DNA of 64,000 bases from Botryllus schlosseri (Eukaryota). Made by a program: the position numbers and the translations under genes. The notes beneath the pieces are model-generated. The model worked only from the letters and a program-made list of their open reading frames with translations, made no database searches and had not been told where the DNA came from. Shown one piece after another: positions 37,981 through 53,400 of this stretch (within the stretch, counting starts at the first letter, position 1; every line of letters starts with the position of its first letter). The stretch covers positions 3,040,001-3,104,000 of the forward strand of contig CM119378.1 of assembly GCA_051294905.1 (NCBI GenBank), written 5' to 3'.

Positions 37981-39238
37981 TTGCTTCATTTCAGAACTTT
38001 TCGCAGTATTTTGGTTTCAAATATTTTCTGTAAAAAACTCATTGTTATACGTTAGATCATGCAAATAGAATACAATTTAAATATAGAGTTAAAACATGAA
38101 CAGGAACACGCTTGGAATCATATTTATTGCTGTTTTTAGAAGACGATTACTGTGCTTGGTGGCAACTTGGCGTTCAACTACAACCAGACCGATGCTATAC
38201 ACAACAAAAACCCAGTATGTACGATTCATTCATTGTGTACAATAATATTGTCGGTGTAATTATTTTGATTACATGGAATAGGTGGGAATTAGTCACTCTT
38301 GACGCTATACGTGGTTTCCATATCACTGCTTGCGTTCATCTGCACTCAATTACACCGCCTTAAATTTAGAGTGACTTCTCTTTAAATATGCTGTGGTCTC
38401 AAATAAAGCTCGAAAGATTTGGCAAAAACAATATTCCCTAACAATCCACTGTAATCGAACTGCGGCTAAAATAATTTCACAAATACCCAATTCCACTCCA
38501 TCTGTTTCTGTGGTGTCAATGGCACTCATCCTCCTACGTAATCAAGTCATGCTATCTGTCGTCAAATACGTCCTGTCCCCGTCCTCCTGAAATGTCAATT
38601 CTATCTCCAACATTCATTGGCTCATTTGTAGTTAGGCAATAGGTATTTCGTTGTTGCCTGTCGACCGCACAATGCCATAACACTTTCTAACGTCGCATTT
38701 CCGAATTGGTATCTGAAGGAACAGCAGAAGTCACAAGTCACGCTGATTTGCACTAAATTTTCATGATAGCGCTTTCGTTTTTTTGTGAAAATTACATATT
38801 AATGATTTTATTCTTTTTACACTCTGTTGATGCACAGCTCATTTGTGGCACCCTCAGTATATAGCAGTGGTCCTTAACCTTTTTTTCCTCCGGGCCCATT
38901 TTCAAAAGGGGCCTATGGTCTGGCGCCCCTGCCATATTTCAAAGACTGTAGCAAAAACAATGGATAAGAGGTCGAAGTAGGGTCGGTTTTGTCGGGTTGG
39001 GACATTAATATTGGTAATAGTTCGCGCATGAATTGCGCATGACGACCACTCGACTAATTAACCAATTAATGATTGTATGTGCTATATTCGGGAGCAAATC
39101 AAGGTTGTTAAAAAAAACTATCGGGTACCGGCTCTTTGGCAAATATTTCGCTGCCAGCACGACGAAAAAGTTCGATAATTGACAGATTATTTCGAATGTT
39201 AATTTGCAATGAGAACTCACGGATATATACAATCTATT

Positions 39239-39455
39239 GTGGCGACATAGCGTAGTTGTATGATCAACAACTATAACACCGATAGCTTGCGGGTTCGAGT
39301 CCAACCGAGGTCGACTCCAGAATTCCTACGTAGTGTTAGAGGTTTATCTAGGCTTCTCCTCACCACGTGATCTGCGCAAGCAGTGTCTTGTAAAAGTCTA
39401 GAAGTGGGTCGTCGGTAAATACGAATTTAAAAATAAAGAATATCGGCCTGGTGTG
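39239..39455 (+). mobile_element. tRNA-derived SINE (family 1)
   Basis: gtggcgacatagcgtagttg... ggttcgagtcc B box, then a body shared with 36950-37191. Confidence 0.7.
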
Positions 39456-39570
39456 AAACGCACTTTCACTGGAAGAATAATAAGTAACGAATAACAGAAC
39501 CGTAGCAGACGGTGAGTAGAATACCGACAAATTCTCACTTATTTCTGCTCTAACCTTAAACCTTTGTGAA

Positions 39571-39850
39571 TCCGACGATATAGGGTAATGGTAAAGCGTC
39601 CGGCATCTCGATCGGTAGGTCGTGGGTTCGATCCCCGGCCGGGTCAGACCAAAGACCTGATTGGTAACACTGGTATCTATGACTTCCCTGCTTGGCGCTC
39701 ATGCATGACTGGGATAGCATGGAGGGGTGGTGCAAGACTTAGAAAGCCATATAAAGGCTATATCTGCACCTTCCTTGTCCAGATCGTGTGTATATATCAT
39801 GAGTCGGTGTATATGCCGCAAAAACATCAAGGACAAAAATAAACTACGTC
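39571..39850 (+). mobile_element. tRNA-derived SINE (family 2)
   Basis: tagggtaatggtaaagcg A box, ggttcgatccc B box. Its 3' part recurs inverted at ~61425-61515. Confidence 0.75.
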
Positions 39851-41478
39851 CTTACGTACGCTTAGACTATTCAAAGAGGTGTGAAGACATAGCGACTACA
39901 CAACTGAAGTTGAAACGTATCCGAATGCGTAAATGTATCACCTCGACATCAAGATTCGAAAACAACAACTTATCGCTTTGTTTTAACTCTAATTGATAAG
40001 TAAAATCAGTAAAGAATAAACGAACCGCCACCGGCGGAGCTTGAATACCAACAAATTGTCACTTGCTGGTCTAACTTTAATCTTTTTAAGAGTCTAATCC
40101 TTTTGACGCTGAATATTACTTGACTTGACCAACTTTCAGTTCCGTTTTCGGATTATTCACACATTCCACGCTGCTGTTTTCACGCTTATAGAAACAATAT
40201 CAACTATGTATATCCCGAGAATATTCAATCATTTTGTTAATTTGTCAACTTTAAATCGAACTCTTAACAAATACACATATCTTATCGTTTGCCAACTCAA
40301 TCATCACCAAAAAATTCAGGTGTAGGAATCCATTCGTGAGATGTACTATAGGTAAATTGGGATAATCCCAAATGAAATATTTTTACTTTGGCATAGTGCG
40401 AATTGAAATAGAAATTGAATTGAAAATCTCATTGGAAGCACAATGGGGTACGATCGCTAAAAAGGGTTGAGAAGCAATATATAACCGAACGCGAAATCTA
40501 ACGCTGATTTAATTTTACTGTGGCAGTGACAGTAAAAATAGCCTATACTTATCACGACTATATCGAAACCAGGATTAGGCTACACCGCTCGAATGCTCTG
40601 ATATCAGATCAATCTTCAGTAGATTTCAAAATATTCTACATAAAATTGGGCCACAACAAAGGTCCACTAGCGGCAATTTTATAATCCGACAGTTTTACGA
40701 TGTCATGATACATCCCCTCCTATGATGTCTATAACTCATTAATTAAAAGTTATGCCCGGCAAAAAAAAACAATTTTATTCAAATATTTAAAAATGTGATT
40801 TTTTGTCGTTGTCAAGCGTCAATAATACAACAGTAAATTACATTTCTAAGATGTTTGTGGAATGCCTGTCTGCCACGTCCCGTCAAATAAGGCCTACTTG
40901 GAAATTATACATTGAATATCTTTATTATTGATGCTGCGGCCCGCGGCGTCATCATAAACTATGAAATTGGCCCGTTCGCACATTTTAGTTTGTGACCTCT
41001 GATCTATAGTAATGTATTGTGTGTTGCAGTAGGATGTAGAAAGTATATTGTGGTGGATTTGTCTTAAAATTAAGGGTTCAGCAAAGACTTACAAATTAGT
41101 GTAAGTGTTCGGCAGATTATTATAGGTTAAAAACTACTGATATAGAGATATATGTACAGACAATACATCTATCTCTATGTCTGTCCCTGTGACTGTCATA
41201 TATGTCATCTATTCACTACATTGCAGTGGATAGTACAAATCGTGGAAATATGTTAGCTCCAGTTCGATAAAGTTACATTGTTGGGGAATATGGCTTTTGC
41301 CATTTTTCAGCTATATTCAAGACCACATCATATTGAAAGATAAGTACTTGTATTTGAGGCGGTGTCTCGATTTCTTTCTGAGGATGATGGCTGCCGTTCA
41401 CAATTTTGACTTCATTTTTAAGACCACCTCAAATTTAGAGACAGAACCCTGAATATTCACCAGAAACACTTTCTACAG

Positions 41479-44400
41479 GTCACAACCATAATGTCCTTCC
41501 AGTCGAGATTCAAACAGAAGTGGACGAGGAATCGCGTGTTCCAGGTATGTATGGACTCTATATTCATTCGTTAGACAAACAACGAAACTCGAATCTACAT
41601 CCAAGGCAGGTAATCACATGCTAGCATTTAATATGCACAAAGTAAAGTTAGTTGTTAACATTATTTCAAAACGACAAGATTACAGCTGTATTTGAATGAT
41701 TCACGGACTTTCCTCCCTATATGCCTTCCCATGTCTTGTGTTGAATTGAATAAGCGCTAGCCTACTAATGTTGTCGTTAGTATTATCATAGTGTCCTATA
41801 TGGTGACGACCAGACATGGGGTGATTACTTCACGAATGTAATCGATTGCGATTACGATTACTTGTGAATCCCGCGATTACGATTACGATTACGATTACAG
41901 CAAAATCAGGAAGTAGTCGATTACGATTACGATTACATTTCAAAAGTAATCACGATTACTCACGATTACATTTGTTTTGCTTCTTAGAACTAATTTCAGA
42001 AGAGATATTGGAAGACAATATAAGGCTTGCGATGAAAAGGTCTAATGAGATAACAACTTTCTTCATAAATTATGCGTCATTTGCTTGTTACGTCGTAATG
42101 CACCCATTGCCCAACTATATGCAGGACTATTCGTCGCACCCAACGATTTGCATTCTTGCCAGGTCCGTAACTGGCACACCCCAAACTCCCCAATAGGATC
42201 GGGATCGAGCTCAAAGGGGACTCAAAAGTATTTCGTAAATCAACATAAATTATTATATAGAGTATTTTCAAGAGAGTTAATGAACTTGAAAATTTTCTTC
42301 GAGCTTTCGGATTTAATGTCTCTAATTAGCTTGATTTTGAAACGCATACCTCTCCCCACATACCTCTCCCTCTCCTCAAGAAAAAAAGCATGCATGATTT
42401 ATAGGAATACGCATTTCGGTGGCGGTCATTACCCCGCCACGACACACCAAAAGACTTATGCAATTTCAAAGAATGACCTTGGCCAAAACTTTGGTTAGGC
42501 CTATGTGTCCATTGTCAGTAGCCGTGCTCTGTGGCTCGAGACTAGAACAGCCAAGACAGGCATCCCATGTAACTTCGAAGAATAGTAAAGGTACCACATT
42601 ATTTGTATTTCGACTATCAGTCCTGATACTTGAAAATAGGACCCTAGACTGTGGAAACTGATGAAAATTACTATATTATGAATACGAGCCATTTTATATC
42701 ACTCGAGCAGAATGGAAAAATGTGGGTTGAACCGGATTGATCGGAAAAATGATCTGTAAACATAACGACTTGGACTCGTACTCGAGTGAAACACTATGAC
42801 TCGGACTCGACCCTATACTAGCTGACTTGGACTCAGACTTGACTCGGGATTAAATTGAAAATGACTCGAATTGACTCGACTCGACTGAAAACTATAAATG
42901 TGAGATTGACTTGTGACTCGGAATATTGTGATTTGGTTACAACCCTACCAATAACAGCGTTTGGAGTGGGGGATGAATTGCTGTTTTGGTCCTGATTGTA
43001 CCTACAACCCACGCTAATATGGTGTATAAGCGGATGGCTATGGCGACAGATATAAATGTCGAGTGAAGAATTGTGAAATAACGATTGGCGCCCGTTTCAA
43101 GTAGGCTACAGTCATATGACAATAAGATAAAGTCAACATAAAATTATACCTTCCACTTAATACAGATACTGCAACTGCCGTTACGAGAAACGGCAAAGAA
43201 CGGCTCGGTTATGATAAATATCAGCAGCTGTTGATTTTAACCATCGAGTACAAAATTTCAAGTCTTTGTCCGGTGTACATACAATACATAGGCTACGTAC
43301 ACTCAGTGTTGGGATCAAGTCACTACCTTCGAGTCACGAGTCATTTCGCGTCATTGCACATTTTGACTCTGGTCAATTCAAGTCAATTGATTTTCAAAGG
43401 TGACTCGAGTCAAGTCAAGTCATCTGATTTTCAGAGGTGACTCGAGTAAAGTCGAGTAAAGTCAAGTCAAGTCAAGTCACGAGTCAAGTCATAATTCAAG
43501 TCAAGTTGCCTTTTCGAAGTATGAAGCATGATTACGTCATTGCATTTTGCTAGCAGGCTGAAATATAGATCGAGTGGTCATTGATTCTGAACCGCTGAAC
43601 GACTATAGAGTTAAATATACACGCAAGAAGGCCCTGTATCGCTCACATATACGTGACATAGCCCCAGTTTATAGTGACCAGCCAAATTAGCAACTAGATA
43701 ATAGAATATCAAATTGATAAGTTGCAATACATTACCCATTTACAAATTGATATGATGCAATTCGAACCTGCTGCGCCAATGGTTGAGGAATGTATAAACT
43801 GTATTCGAATTCAAGTTCAATAGATCGAGAGGGTTGGTTAAGGTAAGAACACAGAGAACAGAAATAGACATGTTGCTATTAAATTATTTTACTATAGTTT
43901 ACGGCAACGTAAGCTGTAAGCTTCAATCACTTCGTTTGTGGAAAATTTATTTGTGAGAGAATAATGAAGGCTCAGTAAAACGCACGATCATTGAATGATT
44001 GGGTCGCTCTTACGGCGTTTCACATCAGCGTTTCGCGAACAATACGACCATATGCTAGATTCAGTGATTACTTGATGACTTGAAATTGACTCGTGAAATT
44101 TGCTCCGAGTCACGAGTCAATCCACATTTCTGATACGCCGAATCAAGTCAAGTCAAGTCATTTAAGCAGAGTGACTCGAGTCAAGTCAAGCCATACGAAA
44201 AGGTGACTCGAGTCATCCCAACACTGCGTACACTACATAGATAGGCCTACTGCTCGCCAAGCAGCAACGGTCAAACTGCGTTTAACTAAGCATAACCAAA
44301 CATCAATTCATAAGTTACTATTTGAAACTAGGCAGAGCTGTGATTATTAGGCCGGGAGATAGCGTGGTGGTAACGATAAGCGCTCACCAATTTGGCGGTC

Positions 44401-47400
44401 CCGGTTCGATTGCCGTCGGAGGTTTATCTGGGCTCCTCTTCGCCCGCTGTTGCCGTTGCCCAGAAAAAGACCCGACTAAAGAAAGCACTCACAAGAAATG
44501 GAAAGAACTGGTAGAAAGGGCCGCGGCTTCAACAAGATCAAAATCGATAAGAACTGCGACATCGGGCACTCTAGGCCGAGGTTGATGTTAGACTAACAGG
44601 ATCGCAACTATAGGCGTGTCGCTCGACACCCTCCTATCTGTTCATTACATCGCATTGCATTGTGTCTTATCGCATTGTACATTTTGTGTGACTTGCTCAG
44701 ATGAAAAATATAACCCAACGATTATTATTATTATCCTGCTGCGAGATAGTGGCGTCTGTAGTGTATTGATAACCTGATATAGCTGCAGCATGGCGTACAC
44801 TGTTCTAACAATCACACAACAATGTACATCGAATATATTTACTACGTGTGGATACTTCTTACGCAAGGACGAGCAAAGCTAATACTTCTGACGTAATAAT
44901 GAGCAGTGCCGTTTGAAAATCAACCGTTTGCGCTATCAATAACCTGGTATAATATCTCTTCCTTGTTCACGAATGATCGGTTATGTCATATTCATTCTAC
45001 AAATAAAAAAGTATTCGTTGTTTCACAAAGAAATCGATTAGATATGTGAAGTAGTCGATTACGATTACGATTACTTTGGATTTTTTTCGAATGTAATCGA
45101 TTGCGATTACGATTACTTGAAAATGCTGTAATCGTCGTAATCGATTACGATTACTAATCGCGATTACCCCATGTCTGGTGTCGACACAAGCAAATCGCAC
45201 GGTTCAATGAAATTGTATCACGTCACAGTTTCCATTTGGCTACAGGCAATTTGACGGTGATTTTTGATTGGCTTGCCGGGCATTAAATTTGATGAATCGG
45301 GTATCAATCGAAAGCTGACTCTGCACTGATTACGAAAATATAAATTTTATTCCGCTCGCGGTCCTGGAACCCCCACAATCAGCCCCCAATTATTCATTGT
45401 CGAGTAGATTGGCAGTGTGACGCAACAATGATGTCTGGCGAAACGAGAGACACGCTCAAGAGCAAGGATGCGGCCGAGCGGCGAGAGTGGGATCAGCTGA
45501 CGTCGCGGCAATAGCGATGTGCAAACGCGCGACAGAGAAACGCTGCGCTGTTGATAGTCTTGATACTTTTTCTATGCGTTTCGGTACAAGCGAGCACACA
45601 CCAGCCTTTCCTTGACTTGTAATGGTAGAACTGGGTCCACAGAATGTATTAGGGCCCTACCAATTTTCGCGCAATATCCTTCAGCTGATAAAGATATGTA
45701 GGCTACGTCTAAGTAGTCTACATTGGATATGTCAGATTATTATGATATCGATTGCCTTAGCCCGCTTGTTGCGTAGGGCTCCAGAGACACGTCGCGCTGT
45801 TGATGGCGGGTGTCGATACTTTCTATAGTCGCTTTTATGGTCAAGTGTGAGCAGGGAGCATTGAGCATGAGCATACATTACAAGCTTTTATTTGATCCGT
45901 ATGGGTAGGACTTGGTCCGCGAATGCAGCAGGTAAAATGTTGATTGTTGAATAAAGTTTAACAGCAGGAGTGTCGAATTAGACTGGTATCGCTGTCCGGA
46001 TTCAATCCGTTACTAGAAAGCTTGCGGGCCATACCTGCCAAATGGTTCCAAAATGTTACCACCAAATTCATACCTTTGTTTTTCACTGGAACATATCTGA
46101 TATCACTATAAACGTTGACGTTGGAAGTTGGTTTAGCATTTTTCAATCACCAAATAGTTTTTTTGAATGCCGGGGACCTTTTGCGTCAAAAGTAATACAG
46201 TGGTATCACAGATATTTGAATTATATTCATTATGTAGCCTGTATGTATATTCCTAATGTAACTTACGTAATACGGATTTGCAGTATTTTTTTCGCATCTG
46301 TGAATAACTGAATGTCCATTGTCCATTCGGCCCAACAGAGTTTGCACTTTTTTGCCTTCTCGGAATTTGGCAAGGTCACCGACGTGGTGCTTATGGGGAC
46401 TAGAGTGAAAACTCAACACTGTAGTTGTATTACTACAATATGATATCTTTACATTATCTAAATTTGCTGTCTTGAGTGAATCTTATTACTTGAAAGTATA
46501 TTTTTCTTACTAGAAATATCTCTAACAGCTGAAGGATTGCGCGAAAATTGGTAGGGACCAAATACATTCTGTGGACCCAGTTCTACCATTACAAGTCAAG
46601 GAAAGGCTGGTGTGTGCTCGCTTTTAGCGAAGCGCATAGAAAAAGTATCAACAGCGCCACGCATCTCTGGAGCCCTACGCAACAAGCGGGCTAAGGCAAT
46701 CGATATCATAATAATCTGACATATCCAATGTAGACTACTTAGACGTAGCCTACATATCTCTATCAGCTGAAGGATATTGCGCGAAAATTGGTAGGGCCCT
46801 AATACATTCCGTGGACCCAGTTCTACCCTTACAAGTCAAGGAAAGGCTGGTGTGTGCTCGCTTGTACCGAAACGCATAGAAAAAGTATCAACAGCGCAGC
46901 GTTTCTCTGTGGCGCGTTTGCACATCGCTATTGCCGCGACGTCAGCTGATCCCACTCTCGCCGCTCGGCCGCATCCTTGCTCTTGAGCGAGTCTCTCGTT
47001 TCGCCAGACATCATTGTTGCGTCACACTGCCAATCTACTTGACAATGAATAATTGGGTGCTGATTGTGGGGGTTCCAGGGCCGCGAGCGGAATAAAATTT
47101 ATATTTTCGTAATCAGTGCAGAGTCAGCTTTCGATTGATACCCGATTCATCAAATTTAATGCTCGGCAAGCCGGTCACAAATCACCGTCAAATTGCCTGT
47201 AGCCAAATGGAAACTGTGACGTGATACAATTTCATTGAACCGTGCGATTTGCTTGTGTCGACACCATATAGGACACTATGGTATTATGATATGTTGATAG
47301 GCATCTATGGTCTTTTACACTATACGCAGCAGAGATGAGCGGATTTGAAATTTCTATGTCCTAATCCAATCCAAATCCGAACCTTCAAATCCAAATCCTA

Positions 47401-50400
47401 ATCCATAACTTTTGCATATTCAAGTCCATGTCCAATCCTAATCCGATTCCAACTGGAAATTCAGAAAAAATACTAATTTATGCAATGGAGGGATTCCAAA
47501 ATTTTCTTTCACAACCAACGATTCATTTGATTCAAGATAACTTAGTAACCATAAGTACATTAATAACTGATCTGAATAAAGTTTGTCGCCATTCGCCACA
47601 CGACATTTCAATCTCCCAGAAAATAGGTAAATCCAATCCAAATCCTAATCCGTTCCAAAAAAAAAAGTCTAATCCAAATCCAATCCAAATCCGACAAAAT
47701 TTCACAAATCCTGTTTTTTCAAAACCTAATCCTAATCCATGCTCATCTCTGATACGCAGGTCTTTTACACTATGCATCTAAATCAGTGGTTCTTAACCTT
47801 GCCCACAGCGCCCCCCAAGGGGCGCTGGCGATTTTGAAGGGGGCGGAAACGCTAAGGGGGCGATATGGGGGGCGCTGGGCTCAGGGGGGCGGTATGGGGG
47901 GCGCTGGAGAAAAATGACTTCGCAGTAGATGATTTGGTGATAGGACATATCCTTAATGAGTATTCAGAGCAAATTATCACCGAAAACTTCGTTATATTTA
48001 GCCTTCAAAATACATATAGGTTTAATTGCCCATGGGCGCCTAAATGACTGGCACCGAATGCTCATGTCTTGGCAATCTGAACCCCAGAAGACGAATTCCA
48101 TCTGGCAGGGAAAAAATATATGTCAGTGAAGAAATACCAATTTAAAATCGTGTGCGTCTTTTATTTTAGTACGATTGGGCGACAGGGATATTCCTGTTGG
48201 GCGATTCTATATTTTTTGATATTGCAGACAGGAGGTCACGAAAAAACATCATGCAACGAAATCATACCAACGGGTTCGCCCGCCCGAATAAGTTTAAATA
48301 TTAGTTACGGGCCCTACAGTTTCCAAGACACCTCACAATGTTCGCTTTAAGTTTTGATGAGTCTGCGCACACTCAACAACTCACTGCGCTGACCCTTGGA
48401 AAACAGTGCGTAACGACTAAAAAAAGGTCATAACTTCGGATTTGTTGTGCGCAACGTAAATTTTCTGTGCGCAGAGACCGTGTCAGCACTGCGCAGCTTA
48501 GAGGGAACATTGCACCTCACTCAGCTCTACCGGTAAATCTGGTAACGTGAGCAGAGAGGACAAGAAATTGATAGCAATATATATGCAATCCCCGATCTTA
48601 CTGACCGATTTCAGCATAAATTATCGAAAGTTTTCGCGTTTCGCACTGGCTCGCTAAACAGTACAGCTGATTCCGTGGCAAAAGTGAACAACGTGATGGG
48701 GGGCGGTCGATTTATCACCCTATGGGAGCCCAAAACCCAAGTTTTTTTCGGGGGCCTGACGAAGTGACGTTTCGTTCCTGCCAACGGGTATACGCCCGGA
48801 GATGTATAATTATTATGGAGGGGTCCTACCTTTTCAATCACACATCACTCAGCTTTACCGGTTAATCTGTTTACGTGAGCAGAGAGAGGATAAAAATTGA
48901 TCTCAATTTACATGCAATTCCCGATCATATTGACCAATTCAATCATTAATTAGTGAAATTTTTCGCGCTTCGCGCGTCTAGGCGAGAATAGCTGCCTCAG
49001 TAAATGGACACCCAATGTAGATACCTAGTATCAGCAAATAGCGGACAGCCGAATGGGGGTCTGGGGTTCAAGTCCCCCGGAAGTTTGGTTTATCACCCGA
49101 TGGGGGCCCAGGACCAACGTTTTTTGTTTGGGGAGGGGGATGACGAAGTGCCGTTACGGCGCTGGTAACGAATAATTGTACCTATGGGCACGCCCGAATA
49201 TGTTTAATTATTAATTACGTGCCCTTTATTTTCCTATACGACAGCTCACTCGATCTGCGCTACTGGTAAATCTGATTACGTGGGCTATGAGGATAAAAAG
49301 TTTATAGCGATTTATATATGTACTTACCACCTATTCATTCATGCATTATAGAAAATTTTGGTACCTAGGGCGACCAGGCCACACAAACTTTGCTGACCAT
49401 CGAAATCACGCTATGGGGTTCATTGGGGCGAAGCCCTCAGAAGTTTGGTTTATCACGCTACGGGTGGGCAAGGCAATCGTTTTTAGGGGGGTTGACGAAG
49501 TGCTGTTACGGCCCGCCCTCTTACTCATTGTCTTTATTACATTCCTTACAATATGAAGTTGGGGGGCGCTGGAGCAGGATAATTTTTGAAAGGGGGCGCT
49601 GGAGGAAAAAAGGTTAAGAACCACTGATCTAAATGGTCGGAAAATTCGTTCCGTTTAGAATTCTATGCTGGTGGAGAAAGCAACGTTAAGGATGTAATCA
49701 AGTAGTGATGTATAGGCCTAAGTGAGCGCAAATCCGTAATCGAAGAATTAGACTATATAATATTTGTTGGTCATAACGTGGATCTGAAATCGAGTATCTA
49801 CTCAAGTGATCTCCATTTAATGCAGTCGGATTCCGCATTAAAAGTCTAACTTCGGATTCTGGTGATCAGATCTACTCAATGAAGGCCATCCACACCACAC
49901 CCAAAGAACAATGTGAGTTATTGTTGATTTACTACTAGCACGTTATAGACCAGTGGTCTCAAACTCAAATGTGCTCGCGGGCCAGTTTTCCAGTTTTGAC
50001 GACGCCTGGGCCGCAGCATTTATAGAGGTATTCTATGTCTTTCCAAGTAGGCCTTATTTGATTTATACCTATTTGAATAGAATTGTTGTTGTACTTGATA
50101 CATAATAATTATAAATAGACACCATATGGGCGGACAAATGTATGATGCCATCATAAAAGCTATCGGGTTATAATTTTGCAGCTACTATGTGAGTATTTTG
50201 AATTTAACAGATTGATAATAGAGACTGATCTGATATCAAAACATTTTTAGGTTGAGCATTGTAATTCCAATCCAGGATTCGGGTATATTTCTGAAAAGTA
50301 GGCTATTAATCTCATGACCAAATATCTTCAAATATAGGAGAAGAAGAAATATAAATATATTAATGAATGTGTCCTGATGATTGAAATGTCGTAACGCCGA

Positions 50401-53400
50401 ACGGCCCATTGTTGTTACATCGTTGGAGCGTACCACTACGGTACTCGGTACCTTTAAGTGGCCTTAATAACATGGTTTAGCGACCAAAGATGTAACTAAC
50501 AGATTGCCAATGGTTGCCATAACTACTTGCTTAGTTAACGAAAAACCAAGCTGCGACCTTCTGATCTGTTACTATTCCCCTGATACGCGATTAGTTTGTT
50601 GCGTCCATGGTTCTGACAAATTCACGGCATTTTGAGTCACTCAGAGTCCACTCGAGTCATTTTCATTTTGCCATCGAGTTAGCCCGAGTCTGAGTAATTC
50701 TAAGAAAGGTCGCGTTCAAGTCCAACTCACAAATATCAGTCACGAATCGTCTAAGGGTCAGGTTTTGTCATCATGAATTGGAAATGTGGCGAAATAGTGA
50801 ATCATCCACTGCATGGTCGCGTTTGCAATTGATGTGATTGTGAAGTTTGATGAATAGTTTCAGGCTTTCGGAGCAATTTAAGAGGGAATTTTCACTTTAT
50901 AACCCTAAAAGATATATGTGACACTCATATATTGTCAAATTAATAAAAATCTAAAATGTCGTCGCGGGCCGCACAAAATGCTCTGGCGGGCCGCGTGTTT
51001 GAGACCTCTGTTATAGACCGTTGCACTCTATATCTTTACAGCGTATAGTCAGTCATGCGATTTTCCTGTGTGCGCACCAGATGCCACTTTAGTCTAATGA
51101 TTTTGTCTGCAGCTTTTAGCAACAATCGACGTATAATTCTGAATATTGATACCAGATCCAAAGAAGAACGTGAGTTATTGTTTATTTACTACTAACGCAT
51201 TATAGGATATAGACCAGTGGTTCCCAACCTTTTTCGGTGTCGGGGCCAAATTTAGAATTTCCGAGTACGGTCGGGGCCGCACGAATACCAGGGCAATGAA
51301 ACGGAACCATAATAGTCACCAAAATATGAAAATTGGCATTGTTCCGATCAATCGCTCGAAGCCATTGGCCATTGTTATGGTCATTGTGTTGCTGCGCTCC
51401 CATTGCTCAGAACAATCGACCTTTGGTGGCAATTTGGGAGCAGTTTTATCACCCTGGCGAGATTTCAATTCGTATTTTTGGAATCAGTACGACAGTAGCT
51501 TTCATATTATTCGGACGCTTAGGTCGTGAGCTGTAGGACTACCAATTATGCTGCTTTCGGGGCCGTTTAGTGAGTCGGCTTTTATTGCCTACACGCGCGA
51601 AGCGCGAAAATTTTCTGTAATTCATAATTGAATCGGTTAATATGATCGGGAATCGCATATATATTGCTATCAATTTTTATCCTCTCTCTGCTCACGTAAT
51701 CAGTTTTACAGGTAGAGCCGAGGGAGGTGTGTTTGAAAAGGTATAGGACCCCTCAATAATAATTAAACATCTCCGGGCGTATATCCGTTGGCAGGAACGA
51801 AAGAGCACTTCGTCAGGCCCCTCAAAACACTTAGGTCTTGATCTCCCATAGGGTGATAAACCCGACCCCCCGTCCCGTTGTTCGCTTCTGCCACGAAATT
51901 AGGATCACCGTTTAGTGAGCCAGCGTGGAGCGCGAAAATTGTCGATAATTCAAAATAAAATAGGCCTATAAGATCAGGAATGCCCCCCCCTTCCCCAAAA
52001 AAACTTTGGTCTTGGACTGCCATAGGGTGAAAAACCTACCCCTATCCCCTTGTTCGCCTTTACCACGAAATTAGCTGTACCGTTAAGTGAGCCAGCGCGA
52101 AGCGCGAAATTTTCGATGATTTATGATAAAATCGGTCATTATGATTGGGAATTGCATATATATTGCTATTAATTTCTTGTCCTCGCTGCTCACGTAATCA
52201 TATTTACCGGTAGAGCTAAGTGAGGTGTCTTGGACACTGTAGAACCCGTTGGTATGACCCCGTAACATGATGTTATTTCGTGACCTCCTGTCTGCTATTT
52301 CAAAAAATTATAGAATAGCCCAAACGTAGGCTACTAAACTAAGAGACGCTCACTATTTCAAATTGGTATTTCTTCACTGGAATATGATTTGTCCCTGCGA
52401 GATGATATGTGTCTTGTAAGGTTCAGATTGCCAAGACAGTATTTTGTATATATAACGAAGCTTCGCTCAGCATAAGGGCAGTCCTTGTCGGCCAAGGTTT
52501 TCTCGCTGCCAATCGTTCTGACACACTTCTTGGAGTCGCATGTTACATGGCGTAAAACTTGTTACGTCTTGGTGTGTCGTGGCGCGGTAATGGCAAACGA
52601 CGATATGCCCATTTCGATAAATGTATTTTGGGGAGATGAGTGCCCAAAAGTCAAGATATTTGGCAGCATGAAATCATGCCTAGAGTAAAAAGATGCACAA
52701 ATTTTCAAAAAATACTCTATAATTTATGCTTATTCACGAAATAATTTTGAGCCCACTTCGAGCTCGCTCCCCCCCCCCCTCAATTGGAGGGTGTGGCGTG
52801 TCGCAGTTATGGTCCTGTCTATACCTATATCTATAGCTATTGCTCGTTCAACTGGAAAGTTAGGGCACATTGCATTGAAACAGCTGCGACATAACGTTAG
52901 CAGTCTACTCACGACTTTCCTGCAATCCTAATTAAAAACTCCAAGCCAAGTACGTGCATTTTATAAATATAAAAATTGATTTTTTGTTAGTACTCGATTT
53001 CTTAATATTTTGTGGGGGCCGCAAGAAGGCTATCCGCGGGCCGCGGTTGGGAATCACTGATATAGACCGTTGCACGCTACGTATTTACAGCGTAGCTCAG
53101 TGGTTCTCAACCTTTTTGCCTTCGTAGACCCCTTTTGGACCGTCCCACTCCCCGCGAAGTTTTAGTTCAAATTTAGCTAAATAATCGCACAAACGCCATA
53201 TGTCTTGTGCAAATATTAACTTTAGGCTAGTGATAAACAGCAACAAAAGGACTTTTCTTTAAAATAAGATCATACAATTTATGTAGAAATTTGATAGACT
53301 TTTATTATTTCAAAGCGAATTCTGCAATTGGATTTCTTGAAATACGTGGTCGTGTCTTGAAAACCCGCGTCTTCGATTTGATATGAACCGTTGCCGAAAA

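Larger units (their letters stand above)
41811..45177. mobile_element. hAT MITE with (gattac)n subterminal repeats; contains further nested elements
   Basis: TSD gtgacgac / gtgtcgac; TIR cagacatgggg / ccccatgtctg. Confidence 0.85.
41787..47280. mobile_element. Foldback element with CATAG ends and 7-bp TSD (P/Galileo-like), interrupted at 41811-45177
   Basis: TSD gtattat (41780-41786, 47281-47287). Ends catagtgtcctatatggtg / caccatataggacactatg. Arms ~650 bp (45186-45830 vs ~46640-47260); ~240-bp-period partial duplication in the right arm. Confidence 0.85.

Noticed and set aside
39571..39650. tRNA-like sequences here and at 37120-37191, 39239-39310 and 44351-44420
   Set aside because: A and B boxes are present but there is no clean cloverleaf; each continues into a repeat body, so these are SINE heads rather than tRNA genes.
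41384..41452. ATG-initiated frame as the start of gene B
   Set aside because: It hits TGA before any donor site; the true start of gene B is unresolved.
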